Positions 1 through 10,472 of a stretch of DNA of 34,259 nucleotides are shown one piece after another; position 1 is the first letter of the stretch; each line of letters starts with the position of its first letter. The translations under genes were made by a program, and so were the position numbers. Source of the DNA: Candidatus Parcubacteria bacterium (GTDB lineage: Bacteria > Patescibacteriota > Minisyncoccia > UBA6257 > JAPLYJ01); contig JAPLYJ010000064.1 in the NCBI GenBank assembly GCA_026395655.1, positions 1 to 34,259 on the forward strand, read 5' to 3'. Under the pieces are notes generated by a model. The model was given only the letters and a program-made list of their open reading frames with translations, was not told where the DNA came from and did not search any database.

Positions 1-1821
1 TCTATCTTTAAATTACATTCACACTATAAACCAGCCGGGGACCAACCTCAGGCTATTTCTGGTTTGATTAATGGGTTAAAATCAGGACATAGGTATCAAA
101 CTTTATTAGGGGTTACAGGATCTGGTAAAACATATACCATGGCTAATGTGATTAGCCATTTTAACAAGCCTGTTTTAGTTATTGCTCCTAATAAAGCATT
201 AGCTGCTCAGCTATATCGAGAATACAAAAATTTCTTTCCAGAAAACTCTGTCAACTATTTTGTTTCATATTACGATTATTACCAGCCAGAAGCATATATG
301 CCTTCTACTGATACCTATATTGGCAAAGAATCTATGATTAATGAAGAAATAGATAAATTAAGACACAAAGCTACAACAGCCTTACTGTCTCGCAGAGATG
401 TGATTATTGTTGCTTCTGTATCTTGTATTTACAATTTAGGCGTACCTGTTAATTATTTAGGTTCAGCTTTGCATTTAACTTTAAATCAAGTCATTACCAG
501 AGGTGATCTTTTACGTCAATTAGTTAAAATTCAATTCAAAAGAACAAATGGGACTTTGTTAAGAGGATATTTTAGAGCTAGGGGAGATGTATTTGAAATC
601 ATGCCAGCTTCTGGAGAACATATATTAAAAATAGAAATATCAGATCAAAAAATCAAATCATTATATTTTTTAGATCCTCTTACTAGACATATCACATCAA
701 AAACCCAAGATTTAGCAATTTTTCCTCCTAAACATTTTATTTCTAATGAACCACAAATTAAATCAGCTATTAAAGAGATAGGGCAAGAATTAAAAGAAAG
801 ATTGATATATTTTAAAAAAAATAAATTGTATTTAGAAGCAGAAAGATTACAACGTCGTACAAAATATGATATGGAAATGATGAAATCTTTGGGATATTGT
901 CATGGCATTGAAAATTATTCTAGATCTCTTTCTGGCAAATTAGCTGGTGAAACTGCTGATACCTTATTGTCATATTTTCCTTTAAACGAAAAAAACCAAC
1001 CTGATTTTTTGACTATTATTGATGAATCACATATCAGTGTACCACAAGTTAGGGGTATGTATGCCGGTGATCAAAGTCGTAAAAAAGTTTTAGTAGAATA
1101 TGGTTGGCGTTTACCATCAGCATTAGACAACAGACCATTAAAATTTGATGAATTTGAAAAAAGAATTGGTCAGACTATTTTTACCTCAGCTACTCCTAGC
1201 GATTGGGAAATACAAAAATCAGCATATATTGCCCAGCAGATTATCAGACCTACAGGACTGATAGACCCACCAGTATTAGTTAAACCTGTTTTTGATCAAG
1301 GAAAAAACAAGAGTCAGGTAGATGATGTTATTCTAGAAGCAAAAAAGATCACAGAAAAAAATGAAAGAATGATCATCAATGTTTTAACTAAGAAAATGGC
1401 AGAAGATCTTTGTGATTTTTTGAAAAAAAAGAAATTAAAAGTTCAATACATGCATTCTGATACCAAAACCATGGAACGCACAAAAATCATTACAGATTTT
1501 CGTAGAGGCAGATTTAATGTGTTAGTAGGAGTCAATCTTTTAAGGGAAGGTTTAGATTTACCCGAAGTAACCTTGGTAGCTATCTTAGACGCTGATAGAG
1601 AGGGTTTTTTGCGCAGTGAAACATCTTTGATTCAAACTATGGGTAGAGCTAGCAGAAATGTTTCTGGTAAAATTATTTTGTATGCAGATATTATTACCGG
1701 ATCTATTGAAAGAGCTATGAAAGAAGTAGATAGGCGAAGAGAAGTACAGAAGAAATACAATCAAAAACATCATATCAACCCTTTGACCATCAAGAAAGAT
1801 ATTGAACAATTATTAGATTAA
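1..1821 (+). CDS. uvrB: Excinuclease ABC subunit B (UvrB), 5' end lies just upstream of the window
   Basis: Frame 1 is open from nt 1 (SIFKLHSHYKPAGDQPQAISGLING...), matching the UvrB N-terminus, so the true start is a few codons upstream. Walker A GVTGSGKT, DESH box (IIDESH) and helicase C motifs (TSATP, VGVNLLREGLDLPEV, QTMGRASRN) are present. Confidence 0.95.
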   Translation, partial: SIFKLHSHYKPAGDQPQAISGLINGLKSGHRYQTLLGVTGSGKTYTMANVISHFNKPVLVIAPNKALAAQLYREYKNFFPENSVNYFVSYYDYYQPEAYMPSTDTYIGKESMINEEIDKLRHKATTALLSRRDVIIVASVSCIYNLGVPVNYLGSALHLTLNQVITRGDLLRQLVKIQFKRTNGTLLRGYFRARGDVFEIMPASGEHILKIEISDQKIKSLYFLDPLTRHITSKTQDLAIFPPKHFISNEPQIKSAIKEIGQELKERLIYFKKNKLYLEAERLQRRTKYDMEMMKSLGYCHGIENYSRSLSGKLAGETADTLLSYFPLNEKNQPDFLTIIDESHISVPQVRGMYAGDQSRKKVLVEYGWRLPSALDNRPLKFDEFEKRIGQTIFTSATPSDWEIQKSAYIAQQIIRPTGLIDPPVLVKPVFDQGKNKSQVDDVILEAKKITEKNERMIINVLTKKMAEDLCDFLKKKKLKVQYMHSDTKTMERTKIITDFRRGRFNVLVGVNLLREGLDLPEVTLVAILDADREGFLRSETSLIQTMGRASRNVSGKIILYADIITGSIERAMKEVDRRREVQKKYNQKHHINPLTIKKDIEQLLD

Positions 1822-1826
1822 AAAAT

Positions 1827-3533
1827 ATGCAAGACAAAATTATTATTAAAGGTGCTAGGGTACATAATCTAAAAGATGTTTCTTTAGAGTTACCTAAAAA
1901 CAAATTAATTGTTTTTTCCGGAGTTTCTGGTAGCGGTAAATCATCTTTAGCTTTTGATACCATTTTTGCTGAAGGTCAAAGAAGATATATAGAATCTCTT
2001 TCACCGTATGCTCGTCAATTTTTAGGTCAGATGGATAGGCCTGATGTGGATGAGATTACAGGTTTGTCTCCTGCTATTGCCATTGATCAAAAAGCGTTAA
2101 GTCACAATCCTAGATCTATTGTAGGCACCTTAACTGAAATATATGACTATTTAAGAGTTTTATATGCGCGTTTAGGAGAAGTATATTGTCCAAAATGTGA
2201 TAGAAAAATTCAAAAATTAGCTTTAGATGAAATGATTGATATTATTAATAAAAAAGCACATGAATTGAAAGAAGAATATGTTGTTATCCTTGCTCCGGTC
2301 ATTAAACATCGTAAAGGTGAATACTATCAAATGTTTTACGATTTTTTGAATTTAGGTTTTAGTCAAACAAGAGTAGATGGCAAAATTAAATCCTTACACG
2401 AAAGATTAACCTTATCTCGATATCAACCTCATAATATTGATATTGTCATGGACAAAGTTTTGTTAAAAGATCAAAGTCGTTTGTATGAAGCTGTAGAAAA
2501 TGCTTTACATTATAGTAAAGGTTTGGTGACAGCTCTCTTTAAGGAAGAAAAAGAATCAGAAGAAATTTTACTTTCTGCCCTGTGGACTTGTCCGCATGAT
2601 AATTTTTCTTTTCCGGAAATTGAACCACGTTTGTTTTCTTTTAACAGTCCCATGGGAGCGTGTCCTACCTGTCATGGTTTAGGTAAAGAGGATATATTTT
2701 TAAAAAACATCTGTCCTGATTGTTTGGGTAAAAGATTAAAACCAGAAGCTTTGTCTATTAGGATAGGTCAAAAAAACATTTGGGAAGTTACTAATTTAAC
2801 AATAGAAAAAGCTTACGAATTTTTTATAGAATATGAAAGTAAACTAGATAGTCGCTCTAAAACTATTGCATTCAGTGTTTTAAAAGAAATAATTAATCGT
2901 TTAGGTTTTCTTTTAGAAGTAGGTTTGGATTATTTAACTTTAGGAAGAGAAGCTGAAACTTTATCTGGAGGTGAAGCTCAAAGAATTCGTTTAGCATCAC
3001 AAATCGGTTCTAAACTTTCTGGTACCTTATACGTTTTAGACGAACCTACTATTGGTTTACATGAAAGAGATACAGCTAAATTAATTAAAACCTTAAAAGC
3101 ATTAAAAGAACAAAACAATACTGTCATAGTTGTAGAGCATGATGAAAAAACAATTTTAACTTCTGACTATCTCGTAGATATAGGACCAGGAGCAGGTCGT
3201 CATGGCGGAGAAATTGTTGCCATCGGTAGCTTAGATGATTTAATGTCAGACAAGAAAAAATTTAACAATTCTTTAACTTTAAAGTATTTGAAAGGTGAAA
3301 AAGAAATTAAAATACCAGAACACAGAAGGCATAAGTATACGGAAAAAATTAAAATCATTGGAGCGAGAGCTAATAATTTAAAAAACGTAGACGTAGAAAT
3401 ACCACTACGTAAGTTTATTTGTGTCACTGGTGTTTCAGGTAGCGGTAAATCATCTTTGCTTTATGATGTTTTATATAAAAATTTAACACGTATTAAAAGT
3501 AGAATTAATAAACCCTTAGAAGATGCTAGTTAA
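1827..3533 (+). CDS. uvrA: Excinuclease ABC subunit A (UvrA), N-terminal fragment ending at a stop created by a 37-bp tandem duplication
   Basis: Contains [23 protein letters not shown], zinc-finger Cys pairs ([15 protein letters not shown]...CPDCLGKR), the ABC signature [12 protein letters not shown], Walker [13 protein letters not shown] and a second P-loop GVSGSGKSS. The frame breaks inside the duplicated segment 3493-3566. Confidence 0.9.
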   Translation: MQDKIIIKGARVHNLKDVSLELPKNKLIVFSGVSGSGKSSLAFDTIFAEGQRRYIESLSPYARQFLGQMDRPDVDEITGLSPAIAIDQKALSHNPRSIVGTLTEIYDYLRVLYARLGEVYCPKCDRKIQKLALDEMIDIINKKAHELKEEYVVILAPVIKHRKGEYYQMFYDFLNLGFSQTRVDGKIKSLHERLTLSRYQPHNIDIVMDKVLLKDQSRLYEAVENALHYSKGLVTALFKEEKESEEILLSALWTCPHDNFSFPEIEPRLFSFNSPMGACPTCHGLGKEDIFLKNICPDCLGKRLKPEALSIRIGQKNIWEVTNLTIEKAYEFFIEYESKLDSRSKTIAFSVLKEIINRLGFLLEVGLDYLTLGREAETLSGGEAQRIRLASQIGSKLSGTLYVLDEPTIGLHERDTAKLIKTLKALKEQNNTVIVVEHDEKTILTSDYLVDIGPGAGRHGGEIVAIGSLDDLMSDKKKFNNSLTLKYLKGEKEIKIPEHRRHKYTEKIKIIGARANNLKNVDVEIPLRKFICVTGVSGSGKSSLLYDVLYKNLTRIKSRINKPLEDAS

Positions 3534-3566
3534 AAGTAGAATTAATAAACCCTTAGAAGATGCTAG
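3493..3566. repeat. Perfect tandem duplication, 2 x 37 bp (3493-3529 and 3530-3566), inside uvrA
   Basis: ttaaaagtagaattaataaacccttagaagatgctag occurs twice head to tail with no mismatch. 37 is not a multiple of 3. The peptide [12 protein letters not shown] is encoded at both ORF ends. Confidence 0.97.
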
Positions 3567-4371
3567 CCAGATTTTAGGAACAGAATATATAGACAAGATT
3601 ATTATGGTAGACCAATCTCCGATAGGACGCACGCCTAGGTCTAACCCAGCAACCTATACAGGTATTTTTACTCCTATTAGAGATTTCTATTCTAGTTTGC
3701 CAGAATCTCGAGAAAAAGGATACAAAGCTTCCCGTTTTTCTTTTAATGTTAGAGGAGGACGTTGTGAATCTTGCGAAGGTGCTGGTGCTAATTTGATAGA
3801 AATGCATTTTTTACCACCTGTTTTGGTAAAATGTGATGTTTGCCAAGGCAAAAGGTTTAACAGAGAAACATTACAAGTCAAATACAAAAAAAAGAATATC
3901 AGTGATGTATTAAATATGACTGTTGATGAAGCTTTGGATTTCTTTTTAGATAATTATTTGGTAGCAGAAAAACTTAAAGTGTTAAAAGAAGTAGGTTTGG
4001 GATATATTCAATTAGGTCAATCTGCTACTACACTTTCAGGCGGAGAAGCCCAAAGAATCAAATTAGGCAAAGAATTAACTCATCCTTTAGGTAAAAGAGC
4101 CATATATCTTTTAGATGAACCTACCGTGGGTTTGCATTATCATGATATTGAAATGCTTTTAAAGGTGATAAACAAATTAGTGGACAAAGGTAACACAGTT
4201 TTAGTTATTGAGCATAATATGCACATGATTAAATCAGCTGATCATATTATTGATTTAGGTCCAGAAGGAGGGGAACATGGTGGTAAATTAATAGCTCAAG
4301 GTAGCCCTGAAGAAGTGGTTAAAAACAAAATTTCATATACAGCTAAATACCTAAAAACGTATTTGCGTTGA
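3523..4371 (+). CDS. uvrA: UvrA C-terminal fragment (authentic in-frame continuation begins at about 3567)
   Basis: [40 protein letters not shown]...CDVCQGKR zinc finger, second [11 protein letters not shown], Walker [18 protein letters not shown]. Deleting one 37-bp copy fuses it in frame to 1827-3533. Confidence 0.9.
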   Translation: MLVKSRINKPLEDASQILGTEYIDKIIMVDQSPIGRTPRSNPATYTGIFTPIRDFYSSLPESREKGYKASRFSFNVRGGRCESCEGAGANLIEMHFLPPVLVKCDVCQGKRFNRETLQVKYKKKNISDVLNMTVDEALDFFLDNYLVAEKLKVLKEVGLGYIQLGQSATTLSGGEAQRIKLGKELTHPLGKRAIYLLDEPTVGLHYHDIEMLLKVINKLVDKGNTVLVIEHNMHMIKSADHIIDLGPEGGEHGGKLIAQGSPEEVVKNKISYTAKYLKTYLR

Positions 4372-4431
4372 CAAGGTTAAAAGAGTATAATAGTTATTAG
4401 AAAGGTTGTTAATTAATATTAATATAAAAAA

Positions 4432-5172
4432 ATGAAAGGAACTTTTACAATTATAGTGGCATTGGGTTTTATTATTATTTTGATTCTCTGTGATACTCTT
4501 TTTTTCCAGAAAAATAATATTACACCCCTGTCTTCTCCCGCGGTAAAATTAGATGATGGTATTAGCCAAAAAATCATTAAAAGCGAAACAGATTCTTTAA
4601 TGTTAGATGTTAGATATCCTCAGACTTCTAATGTTGCAATTAATAGCATGATAGAATCTTTTATTACCAAACAAGTAGATGATTATAAATTGCAGATAAC
4701 TGAATCTCCTATGATCGAAAACTTAAAAAATAGTATGTATGCCAGATACATAACTTCTTTTTTCCCTAATAATATTGTGAGTTTTGTTTTTACCATTTCA
4801 GAAATGAATTCTGGCGCAGCACATCCTAACCCGGTGATATTTACCAAAACCTACGATTTGAAATCAAACAAAGAATTAACTTTAGTGGATGTTTTTAAAC
4901 CAGATTCTGATTATATAAACAAAATTTCAGCTTTAGCTATTCCAAATATCATTTCTAATTTACCTTTAGAACAAGTTGATAATACATGGGTAACCGAAGG
5001 TGCAGGTCCAATAGCAGAAAACTATCAGAATTTTACAGTTAACGAAGAAGGTATGACATTCTATTTCAGCCCCTACCAAGTAGCTCCTTACGCTACCGGT
5101 ACTCGTGAAGTACATTTATTCTGGAGCGAGTTATATGATATGTTGCTACCTCCTTTTGATTCAGCGTTATAA
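4432..5172 (+). CDS. Membrane-anchored DUF4163/DUF3298-like (RsiV/PdaC C-terminal type) protein
   Basis: N-terminal TM helix. VRYPQ...INSMIESFI and C-terminal FYFSPYQVAPYATGTREV resemble the DUF4163+DUF3298 pair. Called from memory of family motifs only. Confidence 0.5.
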   Translation: MKGTFTIIVALGFIIILILCDTLFFQKNNITPLSSPAVKLDDGISQKIIKSETDSLMLDVRYPQTSNVAINSMIESFITKQVDDYKLQITESPMIENLKNSMYARYITSFFPNNIVSFVFTISEMNSGAAHPNPVIFTKTYDLKSNKELTLVDVFKPDSDYINKISALAIPNIISNLPLEQVDNTWVTEGAGPIAENYQNFTVNEEGMTFYFSPYQVAPYATGTREVHLFWSELYDMLLPPFDSAL

Positions 5173-5194
5173 TTTTTAAATAAAATTTGAAATA

Positions 5195-5992
5195 ATGAAA
5201 ATAAATTACAAACTGATTTTGATAATCATTGCTGTTTTAGCGATAAATGGATTATTTTATTATTGGGTTATTAGTGATATACCTAACCATAATATTGTAC
5301 CGACATCATCAACTAATACAGAATCCACAACATCTGATGCCATAGAAGAAGAAACATCTTTTTGTCTTAATCAAAAAATAGTTAACGAGAGTACTGATAT
5401 GTACGATATAAAATTTAGTTATCCTATCGTTTGTAATAAGAAAATCGATAATATGATAGAATCTTGGGCAACAGAGCAAATAGGATTATTTAAGAATAAT
5501 AATAAAAATGGCACTGAATCTACACAAACTGGGAAATGGATGAAAGCCAGTTTAAATGTTATGTATAGTTCTTCTTCTTTTTCGCCAAATATAGTTAGTT
5601 TTGCATTTTGGGATTCTGGTTATTTTATTAGAAAGACTATGACTTATGATTTGAAATTAAATAAAGAATTAGTTTTAAATGATATTATTAATGCAGATTT
5701 AGAAATCATTTCACAAAAAATTAGAGATAATATGCATTGGAAAATAACTGAATTGAGCATTGACGATAATGAAATATATGATTATATTGATCCTAAAATT
5801 GAAAGTATTGAGAGTATTAAATCTAAAATAAAAAATCAACAAGATTTTACAGTTAATGAAAAAGGTATCACTTTTTATTTTCCTGCTAGGAGTATATTAC
5901 CTAGTACGGCAGAAGTTTTTATACATTGGAACCAGATTAGAGAAATATCAAAGTCTCCATTTAATATTGCTTATTTAATGATTAATAAATAG
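5195..5992 (+). CDS. Paralogue of the preceding DUF4163/DUF3298-like membrane-anchored protein
   Basis: Same layout: TM anchor, FSYPIV...IDNMIESWATEQ, NIVSFAF, TYDLKLNKELVLNDI, QDFTVNEKGITFYFP. Collinear with 4432-5172. Confidence 0.45.
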   Translation: MKINYKLILIIIAVLAINGLFYYWVISDIPNHNIVPTSSTNTESTTSDAIEEETSFCLNQKIVNESTDMYDIKFSYPIVCNKKIDNMIESWATEQIGLFKNNNKNGTESTQTGKWMKASLNVMYSSSSFSPNIVSFAFWDSGYFIRKTMTYDLKLNKELVLNDIINADLEIISQKIRDNMHWKITELSIDDNEIYDYIDPKIESIESIKSKIKNQQDFTVNEKGITFYFPARSILPSTAEVFIHWNQIREISKSPFNIAYLMINK

Positions 5993-6068
5993 ATATAATC
6001 ATTCTTTTTCTGTTAAATATTTGACGATTTCTTAATTTTAAGATAAGATACATTAAATTTGACTTCGA

Positions 6069-6095
6069 ACCCTGAGGTCTCTCAGTGGTTTTTTA
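6069..6095 (+). terminator. Hairpin plus U-tract between the DUF3298-like gene and typA (terminator or leader attenuator)
   Basis: ACCCTGAG gtct CTCAG(t)GGT followed by TTTTT. A TTGACG-17-TAAGAT promoter-like pair (6021-6049) lies upstream of it. Confidence 0.4.
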
Positions 6096-6104
6096 ATGAT
6101 AATT

Positions 6105-7945
6105 ATGGATAACATTAGAAATGTAGCTATTATTGCTCACGTAGACCATGGTAAAACATTATTGCTCACGTAGACCATGGTAAAACCACTTTAGTGGACG
6201 CTCTTTTGCGTCAATCAAAAACCAAACTTAATAAGAATGTTATTGATGAAACTTGCATCATGGACTCTAATGATTTAGAGCGTGAAAGAGGTATTACTAT
6301 TTTTTCAAAAAATGCTTCTGTTGTTTACAACGGAACAAAAATTAATATTATTGATACCCCAGGTCATGCTGATTTTGGTGGTGAGGTAGAACGTGTTTTA
6401 GCCATGGCCGACGGTTGTTTACTTTTAGTAGATGCTAAAGAAGGACCCATGCCTCAGACTAGATTTGTTTTAAGAAAAGCCTTAGAGATGAAACACAGAA
6501 TCATTGTGGTTATCAATAAGGTAGACAAAGTTGAAGCTCGACCTGATTTTGCTTTGAATAAAACTTTTGATTTGTTTATGGATTTAGGTGCAGATGATCA
6601 TACTGCTGATTTTCCCGTAATTTATGCCGCTACTCGAGAAGGTAAAGCGGGTTTAGATTCTGATTTATCAAAAATGGTAGATATTACAGATATTTTTGAA
6701 GCTATCATCAAATATATTCCACCGCCTAAAGGAGATATTGATAAACCTTTGCAAATGTTAGCTACTACCATTAAAGGAGATAATTTTAAAGGCAGAATTG
6801 TTACCGGAAGAATTTCTAATGGGATAATACGCAGTGGACAAGAAGTAATGCATATTAATCATTTAGGAGTGATGAAAAAGTATAAATTAACTTCTCTTTA
6901 TACCTACGAAGGTTTAGAAAAAAAAGAAATTGAAGAAACTGTAGCTGGAGATATTGTAGCTGTTTCTGGTATTCCTGATATTAATATTGGAGAAACTATT
7001 GCTGATCCTATTAACCCCATAGCTTTACCTTTGTTATTTATCGATGAACCTACAGTTAAAATGGTTTTTAGTATTAATGACTCACCTTTTGCAGGTAAAG
7101 AAGGGGAATTTGGTAGTTCCAGGCAAATCAATGAAAGATTGCAAAAAGAATTAGAAACAGATATGGCTTTAAAAGTAGCTGACGGACCCAATGCTACCTG
7201 GATAGTTTCTGGTAGAGGTGAATTACATTTAGCCATTTTAATTGAAAGATTACGCCGTGAAGGATATGAATTTCAAGTATCTTCTCCACAAGTAATTTCT
7301 AAAGAAGAAAATGGTAAAAAATTATATCCTTTTGAACAGGTATATATTGAAGTTCCTGAAGAATATTCTGGAATAGTCATTCAAAAATTAGGTAGCCGTC
7401 ATGGAGAAATGAAAGAAATGTATACTGAAAATGGTATTGTGTTTTTAGAATTTATCGTACCTACCAGAGGTTTATTTGGCTACCGTGGTCAATTTTTAAC
7501 TGATACTAGAGGATTGGGTATTATCAACACTGCTTTTTACAAATATCTACCAGATGAAAAAGAATGGAGACCTAGAGAGCAAGGTTCTTTGGTAGCCCAC
7601 GAAACTGGTAAAACTAGATTGTATGGTTTAGTTAATGTCCAAGACAGAGGTATTCTTTTTATTGGCTCAGGAGTAGATGTGTATAAAGGACAGGTAGTGG
7701 GGCAAAATAATCGTAGCCAAGATATTAGCGTTAATATTTGCAAAGAAAAACAATTGTCTAATATGCGAGCTAAAAATGATGGGGCCACAGAACATTTTGA
7801 TACTCCTAAAACTATGGGTCTAGAAGCTGCCTTAGAATATATTGGGGAAGATGAATTAGTGGAAGTGACACCTTTAAATATCAGAATCAGAAAAAAGATT
7901 TTAGATGAGACAGAAGAAAGACGTCGTCAAAAGAATTTAGGTTAA
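6105..7945 (+). CDS. typA: Translational GTPase TypA/BipA, reading frame broken near the 5' end by a 29-bp tandem duplication (intact ORF part is 6194-7945)
   Basis: ATG at 6105 encodes [18 protein letters not shown], then runs into a stop at 6171-6173. After removing one repeat copy it reads [30 protein letters not shown]. Downstream motifs: DTPGHADFGGEVER, NKVD, EF-G-like domains. Confidence 0.92.
6129..6186. repeat. Perfect tandem duplication, 2 x 29 bp (6129-6157 and 6158-6186), inside the typA G1 motif
   Basis: attattgctcacgtagaccatggtaaaac occurs twice head to tail with no mismatch. 29 is not a multiple of 3. Confidence 0.97.
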
Positions 7946-7975
7946 CTATTTTTTAAAATTTGATATAATAAAGAT

Positions 7976-9313
7976 ATGAAAAAATTTTATTTGTTTTTAT
8001 TTGTTTTTATATTTTTAACATTATCTTCAAACGTTAGAGCGTGTGATTGGGGTTGTAGAAATATATATTACGGTTTGAATCAAAACAGTGATGTAAAAAT
8101 TCTTCAACAATTTTTAAAAGACAATAACTATTACCAGGGACCGGTTACTGGTAATTTTTTGTTTTTAACGAAAAAAGCAGTAATAGATTTTCAAATTAAA
8201 AATAATATTGCTCCTGCTAGTGGTTATGTAGGGAGTCAAACTTTATCAGCTATTGATATTATTAGGAAAAAAGACCAATTATTGAAAGATCAGATTGGTC
8301 AAATGTTTATTGTAGGTTTTAGGGGTTTAGAAGCTACAGAAGATTCATATATTGTCAAAGCTATCAAAGATTTGAATTTAGGAGGTATCATCCTTTTTGA
8401 TTATGACACAGCTAACAAATCTTCTGTAAGAAATATCTCAGCTTCTAATCAGGTAAAAAAATTAATATCTGATATTAAAACTTTAACAAAAAAATCATTG
8501 TTAGTAGCCGTAGACGCTGAAGGAGGATATGTTAATCGTTTAAAAACTAAATATGGATACATTACCATTCCTAGCGCTTTAGAAATGGGTACAAAAAATG
8601 ATGTTAAAGAAACTGAGAAAATAGGAGCTGACTTAGGTAAACAATTATCCGAGTTAGGATTTAATATGGATTTTGCTCCTGTTTTAGATGTTAACGTTAA
8701 TCCTACTAATCCAGTAATTGGTAACTTAGAAAGATCTTTTTCTGATAACCCTGATATTGTAGTTAGCCAAGCAGAAGCTTTTATCAAAGGTTTGCATCAA
8801 TATAATATTATTACAGCAGCTAAGCATTTTCCTGGTCATGGTAGCTCCCAAGCAGACAGCCACAAAGGTTTGGTAGATGTTACTAATACATATCAGCAAA
8901 AAGAATTAATACCATATGAAAAATTAATTAAAAATAATCAATTGGATTTAGTGATGACCGCGCATATTGTTAATACTAAAATAGACCCGGAATATCCTGC
9001 AACCTTGTCTCCTTTATTTTTACAAAATATTTTAAGAAACCAATTAAAATTTCAAGGTGTTATTGTTTCCGATGATATGCAAATGGGAGCCATCAGCCAG
9101 AATTATGGTTTTTCAGAATCAGTAGTTAGAGCAGTCATCGCTGGTTGCGATCTTTTAATAATTTCTAACAATGCCAGTGTATACGATGGCTTAGCTCCGT
9201 ATACAGCTCAAGAAGCAATTTTTAAAGCAGTCAAGCAAGGTCAAATCAGCGCAACTAGGATTCAAGAATCCTATGACAGAATCAAAAATCTCAAAGAAAA
9301 ATTCAAGATCTAA
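7976..9313 (+). CDS. nagZ: Secreted glycoside hydrolase family 3 beta-N-acetylhexosaminidase (NagZ-like) with N-terminal peptidoglycan-binding domain
   Basis: Signal peptide. PG_binding_1-like segment (DVKILQQFLKDNNYYQGPVTGNF...AVIDFQ). GH3 motifs GGIILFDYD, VAVDAEGG, KHFPGHG, VSDDMQMGA. Confidence 0.8.
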   Translation: MKKFYLFLFVFIFLTLSSNVRACDWGCRNIYYGLNQNSDVKILQQFLKDNNYYQGPVTGNFLFLTKKAVIDFQIKNNIAPASGYVGSQTLSAIDIIRKKDQLLKDQIGQMFIVGFRGLEATEDSYIVKAIKDLNLGGIILFDYDTANKSSVRNISASNQVKKLISDIKTLTKKSLLVAVDAEGGYVNRLKTKYGYITIPSALEMGTKNDVKETEKIGADLGKQLSELGFNMDFAPVLDVNVNPTNPVIGNLERSFSDNPDIVVSQAEAFIKGLHQYNIITAAKHFPGHGSSQADSHKGLVDVTNTYQQKELIPYEKLIKNNQLDLVMTAHIVNTKIDPEYPATLSPLFLQNILRNQLKFQGVIVSDDMQMGAISQNYGFSESVVRAVIAGCDLLIISNNASVYDGLAPYTAQEAIFKAVKQGQISATRIQESYDRIKNLKEKFKI

Positions 9314-10472
9314 TTTAAAAGATCAGATTAAAAAAATACCTGATAAGCCTGGTATCTATTTTTTTATTGATTCAAAAAACAAAATATTATATATCGGTAG
9401 GGCTATTTCTCTGAAAAGAAGATTAGCTAACTATTTTCAAAAAAACTTAGAATCCAGAATTAGAGAGATGGTTAATTTAGCAAAGACCATTAAGTTTCAA
9501 ACAACTGATAATCTTTTAGAAGCAATCATTTACGAAGCTTTGGCTATTAAAAAACATTGGCCTAAATACAATATCAAAGACAATGATGATCGGTCTTTTA
9601 TCTATATTGTTATTGACGAAAATCAAAAATATCCCAAACCTATCATTGTACGATCTAAAGAAGCTGATAAATTTTTAAATACTGCTCGAAAGAAAATTCA
9701 TATTTTTGGACCATATCAAAGTTTGTATTTGGTAAAAAACGCTTTGCAAATCATTAGAAGGATTTTCCCTTATAGTCTTTGCAAACCTAACAGTAAACCT
9801 TGTTTTGATTATCAAATTCATATGTGTCCAGGAATCTGTTGTGGACAGATTCTAATATCTGATTACAGAAGAAACATTTCGCATATTGTCATGCTTCTTA
9901 ACGGACAAAAACAAAAATTGTTATCAAAATTGATTAAAGAAAACCCGGAAAAAGCAAAAGCCTTAAAGCATATTCAAGATGTTACCTTATTGCAAAAAGA
10001 AAACTCTTTGATAAAGATAAAAAGCTTTAGGCGCTTAGAAGGATATGATATTTCTCATCTCTCAGGTCGTGAAACATTTGGAGCCATGGTGGTTTTTTCT
10101 GATTTTTTACCAGACAAGAAATCATATAGATTGTTTAAGATAAAAAGTGCTCCAGCCCATGATGATTTAAGGGCTTTAGCAGAAATGGTGCAACGTCGTT
10201 TCAAACATTTAGAATGGCCCAAGCCAGATTTGATTTTAATAGACGGAGGTAAACCTCAAGTCCAATTTTTGTCATTAGTATTGTCTCGTTTAAAAATTAA
10301 CATTCCATTAGTAGGACTATCTAAAATGGATAACGATCGTTTAGTTTTTGGTAAAAACATTAAAAAATCAACAGAAGAAATGATTTTAACATTATATGAT
10401 AATTTAAAATCTTTAAGAGATGAAGCCCATAGGTTTGCTAACAGAGGTAGAAAAAGTCAAAAAAATATATGA
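9273..10472 (+). CDS. uvrC: Excinuclease ABC subunit C, short form (GIY-YIG plus RNase H-like endonuclease domain, no C-terminal (HhH)2)
   Basis: PGIYFFIDSKNKILYIGRAISLKRRLANYF (GIY-YIG), LEGYDISHLSGRETFGAMVVF, DLILIDGGKPQ, DEAHRFA. Only 399 aa. The start overlaps the nagZ-like end. Confidence 0.8.
   Translation: MTESKISKKNSRSNLKDQIKKIPDKPGIYFFIDSKNKILYIGRAISLKRRLANYFQKNLESRIREMVNLAKTIKFQTTDNLLEAIIYEALAIKKHWPKYNIKDNDDRSFIYIVIDENQKYPKPIIVRSKEADKFLNTARKKIHIFGPYQSLYLVKNALQIIRRIFPYSLCKPNSKPCFDYQIHMCPGICCGQILISDYRRNISHIVMLLNGQKQKLLSKLIKENPEKAKALKHIQDVTLLQKENSLIKIKSFRRLEGYDISHLSGRETFGAMVVFSDFLPDKKSYRLFKIKSAPAHDDLRALAEMVQRRFKHLEWPKPDLILIDGGKPQVQFLSLVLSRLKINIPLVGLSKMDNDRLVFGKNIKKSTEEMILTLYDNLKSLRDEAHRFANRGRKSQKNI

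Noticed and set aside
4368-4391. TTGACA...TATAAT pair overlapping the uvrA stop as a promoter for the 4432 gene
   Set aside because: The spacer is only 12 nt, incompatible with sigma70-type geometry. It is probably a chance match in AT-rich DNA.
7991-8010. 10-nt tandem repeat ttatttgttt x2 at the start of the nagZ-like gene as a third disruptive duplication
   Set aside because: The ORF stays open and encodes an ordinary hydrophobic signal peptide (FYLFLFVFIFL). This is low-complexity T-rich sequence, not a frameshifting duplication.
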